Source: Diplonema japonicum (Eukaryota; Protista; Euglenozoa: Diplonemea). Taken from it: 64,000 nt of DNA. Both the position numbers and the translations under genes were made by a program. Location: positions 186,001 to 250,000 of the forward strand of contig OZ025670.1 in assembly GCA_964019335.1 (NCBI GenBank), given 5' to 3'. The notes below the pieces were generated by a model. It saw only the letters and a list, made by a program, of their open reading frames with translations, searched no databases and was not told where the DNA came from. This document shows positions 41,567 through 53,976 of the stretch, piece by piece; within the stretch, counting starts at the first letter, position 1, and each line of letters starts with the position of its first letter.

Positions 41567-43192
41567 ATGCTAAAAAGATCAGTGGTAGCACTGTTGTTGC
41601 TGACAGGAGTCACTGTAGAGTCGTGCACGACGTTAGTGGTGGGGAAGGCGGCCACAGTTGACGGGAGTGTGATCAGCAGCCATTCGAATGACGGTGCGGG
41701 AGATGCCATCGGAAACTTTAGACACGTCAAGGCAGAAAATTGGCCCGCCGGAAGCATCCGCCCCCCTGGGATACCGCAGGTGAACCACACCTATGCATAT
41801 CACACCGAAGGCTATGCTGCTATGAACGAGTTTCAAGTCGGACTGGCAGAGTCAACATGCAGCTCAGTTTACGTTGGAGAGAGCACCGCCCTCCTCAACA
41901 TCGTGGACCTCTCACAAATAGGGCTTGAACGTGGCACCACTGCCGAAACTACCATTACCGTTATGGGAAACCTGGCCGTTCAGCATGGTTTTTACGGTTG
42001 GGGTGGTAAGCCCGGTTCAGGTGAGTCTCTCCTTGTGACCGACCCCCACACGGCTTATATATTCCATGTGCTACCCGACTCCACAGGAACCTCGGCCATC
42101 TGGGCAGCGCAACGCGTACCTGACGACCACATTGGTGTCGTTGCCAACACCTTCACCATTCGCGACATGGATCTTACTTCAGGGATGTTTCTCTTTTCGA
42201 AGAACATCCAAGCGGAGGCTGCTCTGCGTGGATGGAACGCGTCCCTGCCGCTTGACTTCACCCTTTACTTCTCGGACGGTGAGGACGGGCATAAATACTA
42301 CACCGGCAGACGCATGTGGGCTGCATACAAAATGCTCGCTTCGAAGCAAAATCTAAGCCCCGACTACGGCAACTTCGTGCAGGATAAACCGTACCCTGCC
42401 ACTGTGAAGCCCGATGCGAAGGTGGACATCCAGGACCTGATGCGTGTGATGAGATACCAGTACGAGGGAACGCCGTATGACCTCACTGTAGGGCTTGCTG
42501 CAGGGCCGTTTGGGACACCTTCCAGGTGGGCAGGTGCTCCTGCAAACGTGACAGGGTGGTGGGAGCGTGCCATCGGGATCTATAAAACGATTGTGTCATA
42601 TGTGACACAGAGCAGGTCGTGGCTCCCCAACGAGATCGGTGGAGTTGTCTGGTTCGCACCGCACGCTGCACACACCTCTTGTTACGTTCCCTTCCCTGTG
42701 GGGATGGACACCATACCCATTGCTTACAATAGCAGCACGGGAACTCTCGACAGAACAAAAGCCTTCTGGGTTCACAGGATCCTGCTCAATGTGGCTCAGA
42801 TAAAATACCAGTACATGATAGTGGATATTAAGGAGATGCAGGCTTTCTCAGAGGGGAACTCGCTCTCCCTTCAGAAGGAGCTTGATGCCACTTACCTGAA
42901 GAACCACGACATGGGCCAAGTGACGGCAGCCTTCACCCAAAACGCGAACAACATCGTGAAGAACTTCTCACAGCTGTCCGACACGTTGATCCAGCACTAC
43001 CCTGATGGGTACTGCAACGGTTGCGGTCATGGACTGCCCCACGTCTTGGGCTACCCTGCATGGTGGCTGGAGTCTGTGGGTTACCAAAACACCACGGCTG
43101 CCGACACTCTGCGTACGATGAATAAATGTGTGGACAGCTGCCCGGAAGATTCTGTCGGCAGCTACAAGGCCTGTGTCAAAGCGTGCTTGTAA
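41567..43192 (+). CDS. secreted C69-family dipeptidase (Ntn hydrolase)
   Basis: Signal peptide then CTTLVVGKAATVDGS; MNEFQVGLAEST; WAAQRVPDDH; RYQYEGTPYDLT; WERAI. Confidence 0.9.
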   Translation: MLKRSVVALLLLTGVTVESCTTLVVGKAATVDGSVISSHSNDGAGDAIGNFRHVKAENWPAGSIRPPGIPQVNHTYAYHTEGYAAMNEFQVGLAESTCSSVYVGESTALLNIVDLSQIGLERGTTAETTITVMGNLAVQHGFYGWGGKPGSGESLLVTDPHTAYIFHVLPDSTGTSAIWAAQRVPDDHIGVVANTFTIRDMDLTSGMFLFSKNIQAEAALRGWNASLPLDFTLYFSDGEDGHKYYTGRRMWAAYKMLASKQNLSPDYGNFVQDKPYPATVKPDAKVDIQDLMRVMRYQYEGTPYDLTVGLAAGPFGTPSRWAGAPANVTGWWERAIGIYKTIVSYVTQSRSWLPNEIGGVVWFAPHAAHTSCYVPFPVGMDTIPIAYNSSTGTLDRTKAFWVHRILLNVAQIKYQYMIVDIKEMQAFSEGNSLSLQKELDATYLKNHDMGQVTAAFTQNANNIVKNFSQLSDTLIQHYPDGYCNGCGHGLPHVLGYPAWWLESVGYQNTTAADTLRTMNKCVDSCPEDSVGSYKACVKACL

Positions 43193-43291
43193 TTACGTGT
43201 TCCCCCTTTTTTCCGAAGAACGTGTTTATTGTTATTGTTTAATCTTCCCCCGTAGTATTCCAGTTTATAATCCCACGACACAAGGGGGAGA

Positions 43292-45502
43292 ATGGCGGGT
43301 TTAAAATTCAGAATGAAACATCGCGACAAACGACGTTTGATAGCAGGGGCCGCAGGTGGTTTGTCGATCCTGCTCGTGCTGGGAACACTGTACACACTAG
43401 ACCCGCCGAAGGAGCAAGCTCTCAAACAGAAAGCAACAACAACAACAACACCGAAACCAAAGACCCCAACCCCAACACCCACACCTGAGGAAGGGTACCG
43501 GCTGACACGACTCCCGAGCGTGACAGAAGACGGATACATTGAATTGTTGCCGATATACCCTGGAGAAGACACACCTGTTGACATAATCAAATCCATCAAA
43601 CCAAGCACATTGGTGGTGGTGACCTTGGAAAACGCTGAGAAGTTCGAGGCACACGCAGATGGAGGCTTACTGGTACTGCAATCTCACACAAGCAAATTGG
43701 ACATCATCACCGCAATACAAAGCTACGCGGTGGGGCTGGATGGGACAGGCTCGGAAACACGACCAGAGTTTGTCTTGACACACACCGGGGAGGTTGCAGT
43801 GGACACTGCCTTCATGTCCGACGCAGTGAAACTACTAAAGGAGAACGGCGATGTGTCTGGTGTGACCTGTGCCCTTCACGACGGACCCCATATAGTGTCA
43901 CACGGTTTAGATGTTGGGATAGTGACAGGTGACGATGTCGGTCTTTTCCCTAGGCTGCATGGCTTTTCTACACGTGACAAACGGGCTGCTTTCCCGGTCG
44001 ATGTGTTCCTTCCACACGTGCAATGCTCTGTCATGCGTATCGGTGACCTTTTACCACAGTCTCCAGAGCAATGCATCGCGTCGCATAAGCCATGCTTTGA
44101 AGCGTCTCTTTGGGACGCACACCTGAACCTCCGTCCCCGAGTGGTGTCCGTTGGCAGCTTGAACTTCCCGTTGCCGACGGTTGTTGTTGACAGAACGGCT
44201 TTGAAGCTTATTCTCGAGAAGCACCGCGAAGCGTTCCTGCAATCCGTCCACCAGTCCCGCGAGGAAATCGTTCACAACACGAACCAGAAAAGCTCTCTCC
44301 TCGGTGTCACGCTGATGTGGGACACATACTGCAGCTGTACCGGTGTGAACATCGAAGCCATCAGTTATCTGGTGTCGTTGGACAAGGCTGTCAATACAAG
44401 GGCGGTAGCAGACAAACAGTGTTGGTGCAATGGGTTCCCACAATCCGTGCGCACAACGCTCGACAGATTAGTTGAACCCAAGGATTTGGACACTGCGTTG
44501 AAGGAAGTCGTTCGTGAAGACGAACAAGTCACGGTTTGGGTCAGCCACAAACCACCGGAACACTACCCTATGTTTCCTTATGACGGTGTGATATACTGGG
44601 GGGTGCGGCCCGACTGGGTGGTCGGCCGCAGCATGATCGAAGTCGATAAAATATCCCCCACATGGGTTGCCGCCATCAACGGGAAACGCGTCGTAAAGGT
44701 CGACGAAGTCTGGGTCCCTTCCGACTTCATGAAAACTGCGTTTATATCCTCCGGCGTCACAATACCCGTCACAGTGGTACCAGAGGCTATCGATGTGTAC
44801 CTGTACGATCCGGAAGCAACGGACCCGTGGAAGGGGATTCCAGAAGGTTTCAATTTCTTCTCGAACTTCAAGTGGGAGCCGAGGAAGGGGTGGGAGTTTC
44901 TGCTGACCGCTTTCTTCACGCTGTTCAAAAAGGGCGACGGTGTGAATCTTGTCCTGAAAACACATCTTTACATGGACCCTGACCCTCACAACCCTGCAAA
45001 GATTATGACAAGAATCAAATCGCACGCTGTCAAGCATGGATTCGACTTGAACACATTGCCCACCGTACATATTATAGCCGACGAAGTCAGCGCGTCTGAC
45101 ATGCCGAAGATCTACAAGGCAGTGGATTGTTTTGTCCTTCCGACAAGGGGGGAAGGCTGGGGTCTTCCGTTTCATGAAGCTATGTCCATGGCCCTCCCGA
45201 CTATCGGCACAAACTGGGGCGGGAACACGCATTTCATGACCCCCGACACCTCGCTACTCGTGGATATTAACGGGACTGAACGCGCCAAGGGGTTCCCTGG
45301 GAACTGGTCGACACCGAGCGTCCCACATCTGCAAGAAAGAATGCAGTGGGTCCACACGCATAGGGAAGAGGCGAGGCAGCTTGGGAAACGTGCCCGTGAG
45401 CACATCGTGGCCCACTACTCCCAAGAGGCTGTGCGTCCGGTCATCCTCAGTCGTCTGATGGAGATCAAAGCGCAAGTGTTGAACAAACGAGCGAACTCGT
45501 AG
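43292..45502 (+). CDS. type II membrane glycosyltransferase with a C-terminal GT4 domain
   Basis: N-terminal TM; DEVWVPS, KWEPRKGW and DCFVLPTRGEGWGLPFHEAM (E-x7-E). Confidence 0.85.
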   Translation: MAGLKFRMKHRDKRRLIAGAAGGLSILLVLGTLYTLDPPKEQALKQKATTTTTPKPKTPTPTPTPEEGYRLTRLPSVTEDGYIELLPIYPGEDTPVDIIKSIKPSTLVVVTLENAEKFEAHADGGLLVLQSHTSKLDIITAIQSYAVGLDGTGSETRPEFVLTHTGEVAVDTAFMSDAVKLLKENGDVSGVTCALHDGPHIVSHGLDVGIVTGDDVGLFPRLHGFSTRDKRAAFPVDVFLPHVQCSVMRIGDLLPQSPEQCIASHKPCFEASLWDAHLNLRPRVVSVGSLNFPLPTVVVDRTALKLILEKHREAFLQSVHQSREEIVHNTNQKSSLLGVTLMWDTYCSCTGVNIEAISYLVSLDKAVNTRAVADKQCWCNGFPQSVRTTLDRLVEPKDLDTALKEVVREDEQVTVWVSHKPPEHYPMFPYDGVIYWGVRPDWVVGRSMIEVDKISPTWVAAINGKRVVKVDEVWVPSDFMKTAFISSGVTIPVTVVPEAIDVYLYDPEATDPWKGIPEGFNFFSNFKWEPRKGWEFLLTAFFTLFKKGDGVNLVLKTHLYMDPDPHNPAKIMTRIKSHAVKHGFDLNTLPTVHIIADEVSASDMPKIYKAVDCFVLPTRGEGWGLPFHEAMSMALPTIGTNWGGNTHFMTPDTSLLVDINGTERAKGFPGNWSTPSVPHLQERMQWVHTHREEARQLGKRAREHIVAHYSQEAVRPVILSRLMEIKAQVLNKRANS

Positions 45503-45656
45503 TGAGAAAACTTAACGGGGGGTGGGCTATCGTTTTACACCTAACATGCGTCTTTTTCTTTTATTTTGGAGTAAACTGCTGTTGATGTTGGAAAATCAAA
45601 AACAGGATTTTTTATAACGGGGATTATCCGTGACACAAAGAATATTAAAAAAGAAA

Positions 45657-47201
45657 ATGAGTGGACCCATGGACCCGGTCTTGCAGGAGGCGCTGAACAG
45701 CCTCTCACAGCAAGTAACCAAGCTGCACGCGGACACTGAGGCGATGAACAGCGGGCTCAACATCTCGTGGTTGATCTTTGGTGCCGCTCTTGTCTTCTTC
45801 ATGCAAGCAGGGTTCGGGATGCTCGAAGCCGGCGCCATCAGGCAGGCTAATGTCACGACCATTCTGTTCAAGAACACTATGGACGGTGTGCTTAGCGCGC
45901 TGCTCTTCTGGTCCCTTGGGTGGGGCTTCTACATGGGGCACACTGAGAAAACTGAGTTCATCTCTGGCGGGCCGTTTTTCTTGAAGGACTTGCCTCAGGA
46001 TGAGTACGCCTCGTGGCTGTTCCAGTGGGCCTTCGCTGCCACCGCAGCCACCATCGTCTCCGGTGCTGTTGCCGAGCGTTGCCGTCTGGGTGCCTACTTC
46101 GTCTACACAGGCGTCCTCACGGCCTTCGTCTACCCTGTTGTCGCACACTGGGCGTGGAGCTCCTGCGGCTGGGCCTCTACGGGCAATGACGGCACCAACT
46201 CCGACTGCCCGAAGTTCGGCCAGCTCGGTGTCATCGACTTCGCTGGCAGTGGTGTCGTCCACATGACGGGCGGGTTCAGTGCCCTTGCCGGTGCCGTGAT
46301 CCTCGGCCCCAGAAAGGGCCGCAAGTCTGGAATCCTAACGAGCCCTGAGGATGACGGCTTCGACTTCAGGTTCAAGGACGGCGTCGACGAAAGGCAGTTC
46401 CAGCCGCACAGCATCCCGCAACAGGCTCTTGGTGTCTTCATCCTGTGGTTCGGGTGGTACGGGTTCAACTGCGGGTCGACACTCGGCATCACAGGGGGTT
46501 CAGGCGCCGTGGCTGCGAAGGTGTCGGCGACGACGACATTGGGTGCCGCCACCGGTGGGATCGGCGCACTGCTGTTCAACAGGATCCTCGTCGCGTTCAA
46601 GAAGAGGGAAGGCGCGTGGGACATCCTGACGCTGCTGAACGGGATCCTTGCTGGGCTGGTATCCATCACGGCGCCGTGCGCTGTTGTGGAGCCATGGGCA
46701 GCTGTTGTGATCGGTGTGATCGGAGGGATGGTGTACGTGGGGGCATCGACCATGTTGAGGGGGCTTGAGATCGACGACCCGTTGGATGCCTTCCCAGTGC
46801 ACGGGGCCTGTGGGGTGTGGGGTGTGCTGTCTGTGGGTATCTTTGCGCAGTCCAACAATGTGATCCGTGCGTACGGCAGCGGACTGCTGAGGGACGGCAA
46901 GCACCTCGACGGCTTCTACGACCAAGCAGAGGGCGGCAACCAGTTCGACGTTCAGCTTGCCTTTGCCGTCTGTGTCGCACTGTGGGCCTTCGGCGTCTCT
47001 GGTCTCACATTCTGGATCCTCAACAAGGCACAGCTCCTCCGTGTGTCCGACCACGATGAAAAAACAGGTCTTGACGTCGCTGAAGGCATGGGCGCTGCCT
47101 ACGAGGTCAAGAAACCCACCAAGGAGGACCCCAAAGACCCTGAGGTCATCGTCGACAAGCTGGAGGAGGAACCCGAAGAAGATGTTATGGCCGATGCTTA
47201 G
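45657..47201 (+). CDS. AMT: ammonium transporter
   Basis: FFMQAGFGMLEAG, FQWAFAATAATIVSGAVAER, DFAGSGVVH, WFGWYGFN and DDPLDAFPVHG. Confidence 0.97.
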   Translation: MSGPMDPVLQEALNSLSQQVTKLHADTEAMNSGLNISWLIFGAALVFFMQAGFGMLEAGAIRQANVTTILFKNTMDGVLSALLFWSLGWGFYMGHTEKTEFISGGPFFLKDLPQDEYASWLFQWAFAATAATIVSGAVAERCRLGAYFVYTGVLTAFVYPVVAHWAWSSCGWASTGNDGTNSDCPKFGQLGVIDFAGSGVVHMTGGFSALAGAVILGPRKGRKSGILTSPEDDGFDFRFKDGVDERQFQPHSIPQQALGVFILWFGWYGFNCGSTLGITGGSGAVAAKVSATTTLGAATGGIGALLFNRILVAFKKREGAWDILTLLNGILAGLVSITAPCAVVEPWAAVVIGVIGGMVYVGASTMLRGLEIDDPLDAFPVHGACGVWGVLSVGIFAQSNNVIRAYGSGLLRDGKHLDGFYDQAEGGNQFDVQLAFAVCVALWAFGVSGLTFWILNKAQLLRVSDHDEKTGLDVAEGMGAAYEVKKPTKEDPKDPEVIVDKLEEEPEEDVMADA

Positions 47202-48045
47202 GCTGTAGAAAAAGAGAGGAAATGAAAAGTTAATGGCGGCACTGTTTTGCCAGCCCTACTCATTATTTTATTCCCTTTCCCTTTCTCTTTTCCGTTTTTT
47301 TTTTTTTTAGAAGGGGGAACATGAAACCAGAGGGCAACAACCTGAGAAAAATTTAGAAAGAAAAAGAAAAGAAGAAGAAAAAAAAAATGCATGACCCTGT
47401 TTATTCAGAGGGACACACCTCTTGTTTCCTATTTCCCCCTCCTTTCTCGTGGAAGTTGTGCATTTTAATGCTTCAGATGACTCCATGTAGGGGTTGGGGG
47501 AGAGGGAGGTGTAGAGGTGGAGTAATTTATATTTCTGAAAGAAAAGGAGAGATTGCATTTTTTTTTTTAATTCTTTTTTTTTTCTTTCCCCCTCTCGTAC
47601 GATATTTAGGGTATAGTTATCCCCCCTCTTCCCCCTCCTTACAACACGAAAAGCAAGGGAAATAAATTTGTTTTTTCTCCCTTTCCCTTTCTCCCTCCAA
47701 TTTTTATTTTTCCTCCTTTTTATTCTTGTCTCCGCCCTATTTCTTTTTTTTTCCTTTTTTTTTTTATATCCCTATTTTTTTGCCGTTTTTATTCAACGGC
47801 GGGCTTAAAAAAAAAAAAGAGAAAAAAAAGAGAAAAAAAAACCATTTTATACTTTCTTTTTCCCTTTATATTATCCCTCTCTTTTTTTTCTTCTCTTCAT
47901 TCTAGTTTTCTTTCTATTGCATCCATTCCACATTTTCTTTTTTTTTTTTTTTTTTCGCCTGCGAGGAAAAAAAAAAAAAATCAATTCCCATTTTAAAAAA
48001 AAAGAGGGAGTGGTGAGGGAGGGGGACAAAAAAAAAAACACCAAA

Positions 48046-51000
48046 ATGGCAGACCAGTCACGGCAGGTGATTGATGAAGGGGCGTGGCTTGGTGTAATGG
48101 GGACAGTAGACGTCCGCGAAGACGCAGGCATTGTCGTCTGCAGATGGGGTGAAAATTGTGCAGGGCTCTGCAAAGGGGATGTATTGATGGAAAAAGTGAC
48201 CACTGAAGGGAAGATCAAGGAGGTAGGAGTGACCGGACTTTTCGGAGACACCGAAAAACACCTAATAGTCCACGCCGAACGGGAAGGTGACGCAAGCACA
48301 CAAGTCATAACAACTTACCTCCCTGTGGGCCCGATCATTACCAGGTTACATGGATGGAACGGTGTGACATGCATACACGGCTTAACAAGCTGCGGATATC
48401 TCGTCCTTGGCAAAGGGACAGGTCCTGCTCCGGACAATGACAGGCTGATTCTCTTAGCCCACACGATGCACCCTCTCACACTTCCTAAACAGATACCTGG
48501 CATCTGGGCTCACGCTACTACTGTACGGATAGCATCTACAGAAGCTTCTCATGGTGGAGCGCTTCTCTTTGTAGTCAGTACGACGCCCATTTCTTGCGTG
48601 TTGTCGGTCGTCAGTTTTGAGCCGACTGCTACTTATCAACTGGAGCGCAACGTTACCATCGATACCCTTCACGAGGTGACTCTTCCTGTCGATTCCTGTG
48701 GTGGGGATGTTTTTGTCTGGGGTGCCGCCGGCGGTCCTTATCTTGTTGCCGTCTCCCCTGAACACCATAGCATCCTTCTCATCACCTTTGCCGGTGCGTT
48801 GCAGCATTTTCCCGCGGCTGCGGGGCTTCCCTTCCGCGATGCGTGTATCTGTAATAATTATCTTGTTGCCATCACCGAGACAGATCTCGTGGTCTTCGCC
48901 AGCCCCACAGCGCTTCTGTGTAAGCAGGCTCTGCCCTCTCCCGGTTTCTCTGTCATGACTGTCAACGGCCGTGTCGTGCTGCGCATGCAGACTGAAACAC
49001 GGAAGCTCAGGATATCCCCCACCCCCTCGCACCCCCTTGCCGCGCAGGCAGTGAGCATTCTTATCTCCGTGCTCTCCGACACGAAGCAGGTCTCTGCTTT
49101 GATGCACGACACGATGGCGCAGAACGATGAATGGGGCGCTTTGTGCGGAATCCTGTTGCAGACGAAATCAGTCCTCCGCCCGACCTCTGCTTTGGAACGG
49201 TTACGAAGGGCGCGGAAGGCGGTGCCTGACCTTGCGCCTACCCTGGGCGTCAATACCACCGCCACCTTGATACCGCCGCAGACCGCGTTGCTTGATGCTT
49301 CCCACACACGTGCTGCAATATGCGCCCTGCACCTCATGCACGAGGCGATGCGCATCACGACTGTGTGGCGGCCCTTCCTTTCCGATCTTGCTGTTCTTAT
49401 CTTCACTCTTGTAGAGCAACAAGGGTGGAAGCTGTGGGCGGAACACTACACGTCCCTGTACCCCAATCTGCATCTCACACACGACCTCCCACCCCCCTAC
49501 CCGCCACTCAGAGACGACCCCGCGGCGCTCGCTATGTTGCAGCAGTCCTTCAAGCACGCCTCGTGGTTTATAGAAGTAGCAGCCCCTCCCGACATCTTTA
49601 CCTACATCCACGCAGCTGTCTCCTTCAAAGTATCCCCCAGCCGTGCCTTCCCTTTCATCTCCCTGGGCCGCCCTGCCAGCTCAACGACGGCATCTATCCG
49701 TGCCCTGTGCCACCTCGTAGACCTGCGGTACAGCAGGGACGGGAAGCGGTACTTCGAAGAGGGTCCCGACCTGACAGGGTCGCCACATGAGAACGCCGTG
49801 ACAGGTGTGCTGAAGCTGGTTGTCGACGGGAACGAGGAGATGGAGAGGGTTATTGCTTCTCTCTCGCTGGGGCCTAGCTTCTTGCTGCACCAGTCGGTGT
49901 CGGCATGCCGTGTGGCACCGCCTAGTGACTGGGACGCGAAGCTGCTATCGGTCATCGGACGACAGGACGCTGCGAAGCTAACAAAGTGCAACACACACAT
50001 CAACACTACGCTGTATCCGTTCAGCGACTACGAGGACCAGAAACCCTCGCCTCCCAAGCTCCCCCAGGCAGAGGCGTCGAGCATCACTGACAACACTTTG
50101 GGTGTTGACGTGGGCAACGGACCACCCTCCATCGGGCACAGGCTTTTGTGGAGTAAAGACGCAAGGCTGGCTGTTGCACAGTCGTTGCTGTGCTCTGCAG
50201 TTCCTATCATCTTAACAGGCAGCGGCGAGGACATGACGGACCCTGCAGTACAGCAGCAGCAGCTTGCTGCAATGGCAAATAGAGTTCTCGCTCTTCCATG
50301 TGGTCGTGGCATGTTGACACTGTCAACTATGGTGAACCTGTCCGGAAGCACTCTCCCTGTGCCCCCTCTGGTGCTGTGTGGCCGCCGTGCCAAAGACCAG
50401 GCGTACACTTCTCTCGACCTCACAGCTTACGCAGCAGAAACGACTTTGTGGCCCGAGTTCCTGAATGGTTGCTCTGCAGCGCTGCGGCTCCAGTCAATGG
50501 CTCAACTTGGTACCAACAGAGTGTACATCAGGGACTGGATAGCCAGCGCAGTGTCCCCTAATGCCGCACCGACGGCTGGAACAGCGGGTGTTGTTTTGGG
50601 TCTTGGGCTTTTGGGCCACCTAGAGTATCTCACAGGCAGTGAAGTATATTCCTTGATGTTCCCTCGTCATGAAGCTACAACTGTTGCCCTCCTTCTGGGG
50701 CTGTCAGCCTGCTACAGGGGCACCGGCGAAAAGCGAGTAAGTGGCATGGTCTCGCTGCACTTGGCGCCCATTACACCTCACTACACGGAACAAGACGTTG
50801 CACCCGGCATGCAAGCAGCGGCGCTGATTGGCATTGGACTTCTGTACCAAGGGACTTGCCACAGGCTCATGGTGGACATGCTGTTGGGAGAGCTCAGCAG
50901 GCCGCCCTCGGATGAACACAGCTGCAACCTCCACTCGTACGCGCTGTGCACAGGGTTTGCCTTAGGACTCTTGTGTCTTGGGAAAGGTGGCGAGGCTACA

Positions 51001-52759
51001 CACCTGGCCGATCTACGCCTTATGGACCGATTGCTGGCACTGCTGACGTGCACGAAGTGGGAGTTTTTAGATCCCCAGTCCAACACTCTGTGGAGCCCAC
51101 CCGTCGTGCCAAGTGAGGACGGGCCTGGAGCAGGGATCCCCCTCTCGATGCACCGCGTGAATAACAGGAATCAGAACTGCAGCAAAGTGATGGTGGGACC
51201 CTTAATTGACACTAACGTTACTGCTCCTGCAGCCGCTGCGGCGCTGGGGTTGATGTTCATGAAGAGTAGGAACGAGGTAGTGCACTCGGCCCTCATGTTG
51301 CCTACTACGGCATCGCTGCTACAGGGCGTGTCGCCTGATGCTGCTCTGGTGCGCGTAGTATCAGCAGCCCTTGTGAAGTGGGACGAGATAGAGGCAACGA
51401 GGGAATGGGCTGAAAGCTTGGCACCACGGATTCTACACAAGGCACTGGAGAACAACTGTGACATGATGTTTAAGCCTGGCGCCAGGCAGCACTTGTTGTT
51501 GCTGCATGCCAACGTAATGGCAGGGTGCATGTTTGTTCTGGGGCTGAAGTATGCAGGCTCGGAGTGTCATGAGACTCGCGATTTGATTTTGGACCAGCTG
51601 GCGCACCTGATGGCGTACAGGTTGGGCAGGGACGGGCATTGCCGCATCTTTTTGGACGATGCTGGGAATAAGAAAATCGTCGAGCCGTGCATCAATGCGT
51701 GTGCACTGGCAGCATCCTGCGTGATGGCAGGGACGGGGTGCGCCATGGTGTTCAAGGTGCTGCGGCAGTTGCAGAAAAGAAAGGACGCGTTGTACGGGTC
51801 GCACATGGCAGTGTCCATGGCAATAGGACTGCTCTTCTTGGGTGCAGGGCACCGCACGCTGTCCTCGTCGCCGCAGGCTGTGGCAGCTCTCTTTGTGAGC
51901 CTGTACCCAAGGTTTCCGACCGTCGCAACGGACAACGCGTACCACCCGCAGTTCCTGCGCCCGCTCTACGCACTGGCAACCATGCCACGCATCCTCGACA
52001 CCAAGGACGTGGACACAGGGGAGTCATGCCCTGTGCCTGTTGTCATCAATGGGACTATCAGGGAGACTTCACCTTGTGTGCTGCCAAGGGGAGAGTCCGT
52101 CACTGTGGAGGTGCAAAGCGACGAGTACTTCGACATCCACGTCAGCAAAGGCGGGGAAGAGCAGAAGAAGGCCCTCGAAGCGGGTGTCATATGGGTGAAA
52201 AAGAGGCCAAGTGCCAGGAACGACGGCATCTACGAAAAAGGCCACGGGGAAGGCCCACTGGAGTGCACAGGTGTTGCTGGCGGAGACCCGGACCAAGCAC
52301 AACATGCAGTGGCTGGGGCTGTTCAAGCCGCTGCACAGGGATCGCTGCATGACCTTTGGGACGCAAAGCTTAGTCTCGCAGCAGAGGCCGACAACCCTCA
52401 GGTATGTAATTTTTGTTTTTGTTTTCCAACTGGAACTCACTTAACAGCTTCTAAGCGGTATCTTCTCCTCCTTCTTGGAGTCCAAAATGGACCAAGCTAC
52501 AGCACCGCACCTTGGCCCTGCAGCCGACTCCCTCGTGAAAGGCCAGAAGCCTTCCCTCGAGCAGATGACATCGGCCATCTGGCACAACGTTCCTTCATCC
52601 CACCACCTCCTTGCCAAGATTGACAAAACCAGGTAATGAAAAAAAATAAAAAAAATAAAAAAACTAAACGCACTTCGTAGGAGCTCCTTGGCTGCGGCGT
52701 TCCCCCTTACGTCCCCTGCTGCCGTGACAGCTATTGCGTCCACGGCTGTGAAGAATTGA
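48046..52759 (+). CDS. ANAPC1: anaphase-promoting complex subunit 1; introns 52402-52447, 52633-52680
   Basis: RVLALPCGRGM, WPEFLNG, PC-repeats (LGLGLLGHL, GFALGLLCLGKG), YGSHMAVSMAIGLLFLG and HPQFLRPLY. Confidence 0.92.
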
Positions 52760-53054
52760 GTAGATCTAAACATTTTTTTATGTCTTCTTATCCCCATTCA
52801 GAAAAAAAAAGAAAACTAGAGGCGTAGGGCTTAGACTGGCCCACCCACTCCCCTTCACCATTATTTTTTTATTCTTATTTAGAGTATCGAAGATTATTAC
52901 TTTTATATATTTTTTTTTTTTGTTTTTTTTTTTTTGAGTAGCCCTACTCCCCTTCCGTGCCCCATGCGCTCGCTTTTCTTTTTTATCCTTTTTACATTCT
53001 ACTGGGTCTTAAACGCCAAAAAAAAAAAAAAAAAGAAAAAGAGAAAAAAAAAAA

Positions 53055-53855
53055 ATGAAACAAGCAAGGAGATGGTGCACGGACAAAGCGGTGATTGAAG
53101 GGGTGGGATCGGGGAGGTGGAACACAGTAAAACGAGCAGGGTTTAAACCAATGTCGAAGGACCAGTTGCAGAATATGGTCAAGCAGTTGAAAAAGGAGAG
53201 AAAGGAGCAAGGCGACCGGAATGACTGGACAAAAGGAGACTGGGACGAAGCAAGGGCTGAGGGATGGGATACTGTTGACGAGATACAAGGACTGAAGGGG
53301 GCGAAACATTCATTGTTTCAAAAAGAAGCGGAGAGGGTGCGGAGGCTAAAGTCGCTGGAAGACAACACGTTCTACAGACCTCAGGACGAATATCGAAAAC
53401 AAACTGAAAACCCCACAGACGAAGAAAAACTGCAGGACATCGTACAATACATGGCAAAAAAGATTGTTTTTGAACTGGAAGAGCAATACCGCAACAGGGT
53501 CGGTACAGACGACAGCAACTTCCTCATGAAACCGTCTCACGACCACATAGTCTACGAGAACACACAGGCTACCTCAGAAGACGCTCGCTTCCTTCAATCA
53601 AAATATGTCACTTTCGCAGGTGCCGAACTCCAGTTCTGGACTGTGCACCATGTCGCAATCATACAAGCCGCTGATAAACTTTTCCGGAAAAAATTCTGGC
53701 GGGTGCGAGATCTTGCATTCTGCGACGATTCCTGCCTCGTCTTCGTGGACAACAGGCACCAGCCGCACTACTACTATGGTGTATCAAACGCATCGAAAAA
53801 TAGATTCGCAACGAAATGGGGCGGACCATCGAGCACCTCTTACAGAGGAAGTTAA
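53055..53855 (+). CDS. hypothetical protein, possibly mitochondrial
   Basis: 266-aa ORF with short Arg-rich N-terminus MKQARRWC and poly-A start context. Confidence 0.7.
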   Translation: MKQARRWCTDKAVIEGVGSGRWNTVKRAGFKPMSKDQLQNMVKQLKKERKEQGDRNDWTKGDWDEARAEGWDTVDEIQGLKGAKHSLFQKEAERVRRLKSLEDNTFYRPQDEYRKQTENPTDEEKLQDIVQYMAKKIVFELEEQYRNRVGTDDSNFLMKPSHDHIVYENTQATSEDARFLQSKYVTFAGAELQFWTVHHVAIIQAADKLFRKKFWRVRDLAFCDDSCLVFVDNRHQPHYYYGVSNASKNRFATKWGGPSSTSYRGS

Positions 53856-53976
53856 AAAAAAAAAAAATATATCAAAGAAAAAAAATTCTTTTTTTATATT
53901 TTCGACAAAAAAATCAAAAAAAAAAAAAAGTGATATCTCAAAGAGGAAAAAAAAAAAAAAAAAGTAAGCGGGACCC

